From positions 25,916,001 to 25,980,000 of the forward strand of contig OZ024755.1 in NCBI GenBank assembly GCA_964016885.1: a stretch of 64,000 bases of DNA. The letters are read 5' to 3'. The notes below the pieces were generated by a model, which saw only the letters and a program-made list of their open reading frames with translations, was not told where the DNA came from and searched no databases. Shown here piece after piece: positions 54,624 through 64,000 of the stretch; position 1 is the first letter of the stretch; each line of letters starts with the position of its first letter. Source of the DNA: Eledone cirrhosa (Eukaryota). Position numbers and translations under genes: made by a program.

Positions 54624-54740
54624 CGCATGCTCCGAAGATCTGACTGGTTATAATTCTGTATTGGCGATCGAGTGACGCAAAATTAGGCGGATAGCGATCT
54701 CTAGACAGACCAGTTCAGTGAAACAAATGTAAGCTATGTG
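54624..54740 (+). ncRNA. Hammerhead-like motif with long stem II and U4C core variant (family D)
   Basis: cgcatgct-CCGAAGA-ctgactggt...accagttcag-GAAA-caaatg-UA-agctatgtg; mirror copy at 54329-54445 (-). Confidence 0.62.
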
Positions 54741-54959
54741 ATTAAAAACTTTTTTGTATAGCAAACCATGTAAACCTTCTTTCCTGATTTATTATTACTC
54801 CAAGTGTTTACAACATAGGAATTACAGCATACCCGCAGCATCACTATGAAAACGCCTTGTTGAGTCAAACCAAGCCAAGCGTTAATATCATCCACTACCT
54901 GGAATACCATAACTGGACTTCACCTAAGTGGACTGCATTTAACTATTATTTGTTAATCC

Positions 54960-55046
<87 letters not shown>

Positions 55047-55175
55047 TAACAGATTAAAGTTTAAGCAAAGAATCTGTTACTTTTATAAATATTTGCTCTA
55101 CGGTTCTTATATATTTGATATATATTCATCCTTATCGAGCCCTCTTTGGATTTTAGTCTTCAAATTTATTATTAA

Positions 55176-55261
<86 letters not shown>

Positions 55262-55510
55262 GGAATTGGTAGTTTACTTGAAGCATTGTGTATTGAGGTA
55301 TAAACGTTTGAAGTTAGAATTTATTATAAATTTCCAGTTGGTTGGTTTGATAACCTGATGGTTGTTTATATATTGCCAAAGCTCTTTCGTCACACATTTT
55401 GTAACCTCCTCAATGACTACATCTTTATTTTGTGTCTCTTCTTTGTTCATAACACACAAAAACAAGATGGTGTAGGACAGAACAAAGGAGGGACACGAAA
55501 TAGAAACCTA

Positions 55511-55553
55511 GTCACTGAGGAGGTCAGAAAATGTGTGACGAAATAGCTTTGAC
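55511..55553 (+). ncRNA. Degenerate hammerhead motif (family E)
   Basis: gtca-CUGAGGA-ggtca...tgac-GAAA-tagctt-tgac; diverged mirror in left arm about 55374-55428. Confidence 0.5.
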
Positions 55554-55743
55554 AATATATAAACAAACATGTGGTTATCGAACCAACCAATCGGAAATTT
55601 ATAATAAATTGAAGTGAAAACCAACAGGTGCATGTGTTTTTATTGGCAGCATGACCCTCCCAAAGTATAAAAGTATAAATAATATATATATATATATATT
55701 ATTTATACTTTTATACTTTGGGAGGGATCATGCTGCCTTTATT

Positions 55744-55775
<32 letters not shown>

Positions 55776-55848
55776 CAAATCAACCTCACAAATGCAAGGT
55801 GATTGAAAGGTATGTCGTATCTATTTATTTATAAGACTGTTTATATTG

Positions 55849-55914
55849 TATTTTGTCTGAAGATGGCATAACATATTGTTAATATGATATCCCTGAAATA
55901 TATATAACGAAATA
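55849..55914 (+). ncRNA. Hammerhead ribozyme (family A variant)
   Basis: tattttgt-CUGAAGA-stem II-GAAA-tatata-UA-acgaaata; compensatory A-U to G-C change in stem I versus the 30941 copy. Confidence 0.78.
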
Positions 55915-56044
55915 AATATGGTTTTATAAATATAGTTTCCATTTATTTAATATCATAAATATACTCCAAATACTTGTTGAGTGCTTTTATATCAGTTATA
56001 AATATTTACTCGTTGTTAACCCAACAATTTAAATATAACTTTCC

Positions 56045-56192
<148 letters not shown>

Positions 56193-56625
56193 CCCTATAT
56201 ATATTTTAACGTGGCTCTATGGTTAAGGAGTTGTCACTGAGATAACCTGAAAATCGAAATGGACCAAAACTTTTTGAATGGATTTGGTGAACAGAATAGT
56301 TTTGGCCTGCCCGGCTCAACAGCCTGAAAACATTCAACCCGCACGCGCGTATATACTGTCACACACCATACACACACCCATACATACGACATACAGAGAC
56401 ACTAGTAACCTCCCCTTCATTAGGTTTTCATGAAAGTGTCTGCACGAGCATTTCTATTCTTATGGCCAGTTTTTTATCTCTGTTCCTTCGAGCTTCGTCG
56501 TTCTTTTTACTTGTGTTGCACATTCAGTGAATCGCGTTCGATTAGGTGACATGTGCACATTCAAATATATATATATAATATATGTATGTAATACATATAT
56601 GTATAGCAGTACAACACACACACAC

Positions 56626-56670
<45 letters not shown>

Positions 56671-57104
56671 GTTAAAAGAATAGAGGTGTAACACAAGTTA
56701 TTATATATTGGTAAACGGAATAGAAAATGCTGACAAATTGTTCACAGTTGAAAAATGGTTTAATTAGGAATAAAAGAGTATTATTAGTGATTGTATGGGT
56801 TAGTATTCAGATGTGGTTTTAAGTTTTTAAGTTTTTACCGGTTGCGCATTTCTAAATGCTTTTCAAAAATAATTTTGAGATAGAGTGTCCGTGCTGTTTG
56901 CTCTGATCCGAGCAAACAGCACGGACACTCTATCTCAAAATTATTTTTGAAAAGCATTTAGAAATGCGCAACCGGTAAAAACTTAAAAACTTAAAACCAC
57001 ATCTGAATACTAACCCATACAATCACTAATAATACTCTTTTATTCCTAATTAAACCATTTTTCAACTGTGAACAATTTGTCAGCATTTTCTATTCCGTTT
57101 ACCA

Positions 57105-57156
<52 letters not shown>

Positions 57157-58061
57157 GCCCCCCCCCCCCCCCCCCCAATAATTACAATTTTCTCCCCAAA
57201 CTACCAAAACACATCTATTTGTATATGCGCTACAATTTATGCATGTTATGTTTATCGCACATCGAAGTTTGTTTTATATCTTGGTTGATATTTGATAATA
57301 ACAACGTAATATATTATGTTAACCTTCATAGTAAATGTTTTACTCATGTTATAACTTTTTCTCCATATATCATTATTTGCAACTTGCTAGTATGTGTATT
57401 CATATATATATATATCGGGGAACAATTGAAGGTACCCGTTTACGCGCGCTGTATCGAAGCGAATAACTATGTGTATACTCTGGTTGTTTATTTAACATTA
57501 CCTATTGAGTATGCTGAGATCCAACCGGTCCTAGCAGTGATACCCATGCTAGTTCTGCCAACTTGTTATACACACACATATACATATATATAAATGAAGT
57601 AACGGGGTCAGAAACTCGTGTTAGTCCCTGTAATTCATGAGCTCAAAGGAAAAATAATCGCGGGCTCTTCAAATATAATATAGAGAAGAAAACACTAGAG
57701 AGAGTGTTATATATATATATATATATATATATACAGGGGCGGTGGAAGCGTTTCTGAATTGTGAAGGGGGGGGGGGTGCAAATGTGGTCGATTTAGCTGT
57801 AGTGATTAGTCGTTCGTATATCAAGTCTTTTGTATAAAAAGTGGCTTGTACAGATGGTCGTTTATATTGTACTTTGATCAATTCCATTCCCGTCCTGTCA
57901 CCCATTGAAAAACCTGTCATCTGAACCGCACATACACATCAACATTACTAAAATAACTTGTGTCTTGACCTTCACCTTTAACAATAATGTCAACTCACTC
58001 CTGATACCTTCCCTCAATGAAGTGTGTGTACGAGTATTTTACTATATAGTCAGCGGAGAGA

Positions 58062-58090
58062 AAGACCACGCCCAGTCACTTCTATTGGCT
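58062..58090. promoter_or_regulatory. Possible promoter: GC-box-like ccacgccc plus inverted CCAAT (attgg)
   Basis: Motif match only, in non-repetitive sequence. Confidence 0.25.
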
Positions 58091-61000
58091 ATATTTCAAA
58101 ATAGGTACGTTGAAAATGAAAGTGAATTCATTGTGATTAGGGCAATGGTATTATAATCTAGTTTCATTGGGATTCTAGTTATCTGGCAAACTTTCTGCTA
58201 TCACATTCCCTTCCTAACAAATTACGATAACCTTTCAATAATATAGTAATTATATATGATTTGTAAATTGGGTATTTTGTAATTTAGGGTGTTAAAATTA
58301 TTTATTAAATAAATGATTAAAATGTGTTTTTTGTATTTAGTAATTTACGTTGTTATAATTATTGCTATCACATTATTGTGATGTGCAGCCAATTGTCGTA
58401 CTTAGTGGTGAATTGATGGTCGTTTTTGTTTCCCTTTTTTTTTCTTTCTCTCGCTCTGGTCATATATTTTGGTGCGTTATATTTGTGAGGTTCGTAACAA
58501 TAGTTAATTGTATTTATTATATGTTTATATTTGTGTTTTTATTTCCATTCTGAAGTAATTGTGAGCAATTTCTAATGTTATTTATGTATATATTTAAAAG
58601 TTAATAAAAGTACGTAGACAAAATTTATATATTTCATATCACAAAGTGAAAATGTATTTAGTATTTTGTGGATACGAAACTAAATTGACGCACTGTCGCA
58701 GTCGTCGTGAGGAATCTTCAGTTGTGTCCAGGCCAGAACAACCTCTCTAATATTGTTGACACAATAAATCACACCCAGTACACTCTATAAACTGATTGGT
58801 GATAGGAAGGATGTCCAACCGTAGAAAACTTGCCACAAAAAGGACTCATTAGTTGTGCCAAAGACGTGACTACTTCACTAGTGTTGGTACCCACAATAAA
58901 ATAGACGGTGCATTCTTTAAAGAGTGATATCAGTGGTTCTAATACTGTACCGAATCTGTAACCTTAAATGATGATAATTTCCACATAACAATAACAGTAA
59001 TTTATTTACAGTTGTGTAAATAACATTACAAATTGTTCACAATTCTTTCAGAATGAAAATAAAAACACATAATTGTTTCTACTTTTAGCACAAGGCCAGC
59101 AATAACCTAGTGCATTACTGGTACTTTATTTTATCGACCCCGTAAGGGTGAAAGGCAAAGTTAAAAAATACAATTAACTATTGCTAGGAATCTCACAAAT
59201 ATAACGCACTAACATATACGACCAGAGCGAGAGAGAGAAAAAAATGGGAAACAAAAACAAAAACGACCATGGGTTAGGAAGTTATACTTAAGTCTACCAA
59301 CCCAGGTTCGGATTTAGACTTTGGGGCGCCCGGTGCACTTCAGGTTAGGCGCCCCTCATATACACAGTTATACAAACAGGTATTGAATCCTAAAATTCTA
59401 ACCATCCTAAAACTAAAAGGCCCAGCTGAGGGCACAAATAAATTGCTACGGTCTTCGCTGGTGGGGACCCCTTATTGCAGGGGACTCGGGGTAATTGCAG
59501 TGACATCTACACGACCACGTTACAGTGTGTGGTGGGCGCTTTTTTTCGTGACACCTACATGACCACTTTACTGTGTGGGTTGGGTGCCTGTTGTCGTGAC
59601 ACCAAAACTACCGCTTTACAGAGGTGGAGGTAGAGACGTGGGTGAAAGGTGGTGTGTTCGGATGAAGGAGGGGAAAGTAGTGTTAGGTTCAAGGACATAC
59701 CAAAAATATTGACATATCAACATGATATTGTAGGAACCTGAGATCTTCTCTTACCATACTTCTAATAAAAGATACTATCTGTGTCTAACCTTTTCATTAT
59801 CATATTTGTCATGAAAGACACTAAATGTGTTAACCCTTTTATTATCATATTTCTAATGAAAGACACTGCCTACATCTTTAACCCTTTCATTATCACATTT
59901 CTAATGAAAGACAGTCTATGTCTTTAACTCTTTCATTACCATATTTCTAATGCAAGACACTGCCTATGTCTTTAACCTTTTCATAACCTTATTTCTAATG
60001 AAAGACACCACTGGAATTTTTGAATAATTTTGAAAATATAATCAAAAATTTGCAGGATTTAGTAATACAGGTAAAATTCCATTATAACGAATTTTTCAGT
60101 ATAAAGGAATTTTTTCAATCCCTGGCCATACATTCGCTGTGTTAGGTCAATCTTGTTATAAAGAATTTTTCGTTACAACAAATTTTCATCTATACCCCGT
60201 GAATTTATTTATAACGGAATTTCACTGTGTAATTAATTGTTAATTATTAAGTTGGAGTTTGGAACATAACTAAACAAATGTACTAACATAAAATTAGGAA
60301 GCTGATCCTCACAGCAGAGATGACAAAGGACTGTGAAGATTAGTGACATGTACTGGAGAAGGATTGTGAGCATTGGTGACATGTGGTACTGGAAAAGGAT
60401 TGTGATGATTGGTGATATTGGTACTGGAAAAGGCTAGCCTTCTGTCATTAAAGATGTGATCTGGTTTATACATACTCCTTCTATTACCACTCCTTAGTAG
60501 CTATTACAACTATCATTGTAGACCCTCATTGTTCCTGATAAAGCATGGGATGTATGTAACTGAACTGCAGGTCCCTGGCCCATCTGATAGGTCAGTTATA
60601 CTGCTTCAGTACCAACTTGGTAGTTTAGTACTAAGAGTTAATCAATATTTAAATTATAACTATAACTTTTAACTTTATCCTTACAGTATTACACACACAC
60701 TTTATAACCCATGCTAGCGTGGAAGATGGACGTTAAACGAAGATGATGATGATGATGACTTTATATATGTAGTAAAGCAGGCACTAACAAAGCAGCTTTG
60801 TTAGGATTTTATTGTAAATTTATATTGAGGTTGTTTTCCCTGCCTTTCTTGACAAGAATTAACACTTAACATCCTGTACTCCTGTACCACATGAAGCCAC
60901 ATTAACAAGACTATTTGTAAAATATTTAAGCCTTTATTTTAGTTTATTGCAATTTTTCACAACCTGTCCACACAGACATAAACATCAGGACAAATGTAAA

Positions 61001-61446
61001 AATGTGAATGAGCGCATACAGTTGCACACAGATAATTGTATGAAGACTTGAGGCAGGGTTACCAGAACAGACATAAATATGCCATATATGTAGTTAAAGA
61101 TATAAACACACATAAGAACTTGAGGGAGAAGCAATATATAAAGATAGACACACATGTATGCACACAACCACACATGCATGCATATACAACATGCACACCA
61201 AAAAACACATACATGCACATATCACACACAGACAACCATACATGTATGCACAGAAGTGAAGTTGTTTTTTTATACCCCACACGGGTAACAATATCAGAAA
61301 AAAAAGTTGAAAATGCAATTGGAGTCTTTATGAAGTTATATTTATAACTTTACTAGTTTCACAGGTGGGTGATTTTCAAAAGTTAAGTAAGATAGAGAGA
61401 TGGGTGGCTATGTTGTAATGTGTATATGTGTGTGTATGAGTGTGTT

Positions 61447-61489
<43 letters not shown>

Positions 61490-61491
<2 letters not shown>

Positions 61492-61722
61492 GATATTAAT
61501 AAATGGAAACTATATTTATAAAACCATATTTATTTCATTATACATATTTCAGGGATACCAAATTAAATTATGGTATGCCTTCATCAGACAAAATACAATA
61601 TATAAATATAGTTTCCATTTATTAATATCGTATATCTACTCCAAATACTTGTCGAGTGCTTTATATCAGTTATAAAAATATTTACTTGTTGTATCCCAAC
61701 AATTTTAAATAGAACTTTTGCA
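61490..61722. mobile_element. Family A pLTR-like element with short inverted arm and tail
   Basis: Homologous to 30589-31049, flanked by (TA)n. Confidence 0.7.
61531..61595 (-). ncRNA. Hammerhead ribozyme (family A)
   Basis: tattttgt-CUGAUGA-aggcatacca/tggtatccct-GAAA-tatgta-UA-atgaaata. Confidence 0.8.
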
Positions 61723-62037
61723 TATATATATTTATATATATATATACACACACATGATCATCTTCCACACAGTTTTGACCAAATTCCACTCGCTCACAAG
61801 GCATTGGTCAACATAGAAGACAGTCAACACAAATTGTCACACAGTGGAACCAAGTGGTTCTGATATAAACTCTTTATATACACAGCCATGTCTGCGACTA
61901 TAGTCTTTGAAATCAGGTTGAACAGGCAAAGATTTGCCTGGAAAATCTAATCGTTGGAAATACAATCAGTTCTTGACTACGAAAATACGGAGGAGACATA
62001 AAAAATATATATTTGGCGAAAATGAATGTAAGAGGTG

Positions 62038-62057
62038 TGACGTCAGTGTATCACGTG
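62038..62057. promoter_or_regulatory. Adjacent CRE (TGACGTCA) and E-box (CACGTG)
   Basis: Two CpG-containing palindromes within 20 bp in CpG-poor DNA; target gene unknown. Confidence 0.3.
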
Positions 62058-63219
62058 CTCAAATATTAAAACGAGGCTGTTGAAAATATATTAATGATAG
62101 TGATAATTGTATTTTATTTTTTGATAATTATTTTTATAATATTAAAATAGTGTTTTATGGAGCGGGGTGTAATTGTTGTTGTAGTTACTGTGTACACAAA
62201 CAGTGAAAACCTAATTTTTATTTATTTAGCATTCCTTTCTGTTATTATATAGATGGTTCATAACCTAATGATAACGAATGTTTAAATATAAATACTGTAC
62301 TGACTGATGTCATCCATGCAGTTCTTTCTATGTTGCAAACAGCCAGCGTGTGGTATATATGTGGTATATATATATACTCATTGAATCTTGTTTAACTCTT
62401 TAATATATATATACACACACACACACATACAGTGGCTGAGAGAGAAAAACAGAGGGAGAGATTGTGTGAAACAAAAAACCGAAACGGAAACAGCGAATTG
62501 TACTAAGTTTCGCTTTAGTCACGGCTATGTACTTAGCTTCTGTATACACGCTCCTATAAGAATATATACTTCTTAAAACTTTGCTCGTGTTTTAATAACT
62601 CGTTACAATAGGAAAGCATAGTAATAAAGTTCCAGGTCTCAGATTTGATTCTATCTCGAACTGACAAGGGGTGGGTCTGGGTGAATCAAAAGCTTAAACT
62701 TCAGCCACTTAAGTTCCTTTCCGAACTAAATCTGTTTTTATTTCCTCTGAGTTCACTTGGGGTAGGTAGGGAAAACCTCAGAACTCTATCTCCTATAACG
62801 TTTAGTGATTAGAAACCAGGCTATATGTAGGCTATGATTTTTTTGTCTTAATTACAGCCACATCAACAAATAGGGGAACCACAGAGACAGGATTCATGGA
62901 CCTTCTTTCGTTCTGAAAATCTGTCAGGAAATATATATTTTACCTTTTTTTAGGGGAGGGGGTGCTTTTACTTGAAATGGGAATAGTACTGAAAATAAAC
63001 AAATAAGTAGATTTAGTAATAATAATAATAATTGTTTCTACTTTAGGCACAAGGCCATCACTTACCCAGTGCATTACTGGTACTTTATTTTGTCGACCCC
63101 GTAAGGATGAAAGGCAAAGTCAACCTCGGCGGGATTTGAACTCAGATCGTAAAGGGACGTAACTATGCTAGAAAGCATGGCGTCCGACCCTCTACCTATA
63201 CTGCCAATCCAATAATAAA

Positions 63220-63660
63220 CTAACTAGAGTACACATAGGTACTTGCTGATACAAAACTAACTAGGGTACTCCTAGGTACTTGCTGATGCAAAACTAACTA
63301 GGGCATCCCTAGGTACTTGCTGATGCAAAATTAACTTGGGTACCCCTAGGTACTTGCTAATGCAAAACTTACTCAGGTACTCCTTGGTACTTTCTGATAC
63401 AAAACTAACTAGGGTACCCCTAGGTTCTCGCTGATACAAAACTAACTCGGGTACTCCTAGGTACTTTCTGATACAAAACTAACTCGGGTACTTTCTGATG
63501 CAAAACTATCTAGGGTACCCCTAGGTTCTTTCTGGTGCAAAACTATCTAAGGTACCCCTAGGTTCTCGCTGATACAAAACTAAGACTCTCCTAGGTACTT
63601 GTTGATATAAAATCCAATCAGACTACATCTTGGTACTTGTTATTGCAAAATCAACTAGGC
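63220..63660. repeat. About 36-bp tandem repeat
   Basis: ctaggtacttgctgatacaaaactaactagggtacc unit. Confidence 0.88.
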
Positions 63661-64000
63661 TACTGCCACCCAAAAGCGTATTACTAGGAGGGGTGCCATA
63701 ATATTTAAAGGTCCCCAAATACACGAGGGCCCTGGCGTTTTTTTTTTTTCTTTTTTAGCTAGGGACCCTATTTTCAGTCAGAGGTCCCCTATTCAAGCTT
63801 CAAACTGTCCCCACCCTATAATACAAACATTAGCACTAGATATTTTATTGTTCAGATTCATATAAAGGCCTCCTTAAACTGACCAAAATTGAAACTGCTC
63901 AGCACAAATTATATAGCCATTATTTTGTTTTCCAGCTGCAAAAGTATATTATAACTACACTGTTATAAAGTAGATATATTATAACTAGTTATAATCTAGA

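Overview
AT-rich, microsatellite-dense metazoan DNA; the SINE/RTE repeat repertoire suggests an octopus or other coleoid cephalopod (inference). Two spliced minus-strand genes can be rebuilt by hand from GT-AG sites and phase continuity. (1) The 5' 18 coding exons (706 codons, 26706 to 52) of an AGO-clade Argonaute, with a 30-nt micro-exon and a (G/P)GLPP-repeat exon; the gene continues beyond position 1. (2) A complete 8-exon, 425-aa JmjC/cupin-8 protein (47002 to 38655) with a signal peptide, a C-terminal KEEL and an H-x-H...H metal triad instead of H-x-D/E...H. The rest is LINE fragments (RTE, Tx1/L1, CR1, R4/Dong-like, CRE-like), a decayed Penelope-like element, tRNA-derived SINEs, MITEs and minisatellites. 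The most striking non-coding signal is a set of short fold-back elements lodged in (TA)n tracts, densest at 52.6-57.1 kb. Many carry minimal type I hammerhead ribozymes (CUGANGA...GAAA...NUH) from several sequence families with compensatory stem changes, consistent with non-autonomous Penelope-like pseudo-LTR elements. Several intronic tandem repeats are also built from duplicated splice sites of the adjacent exon.
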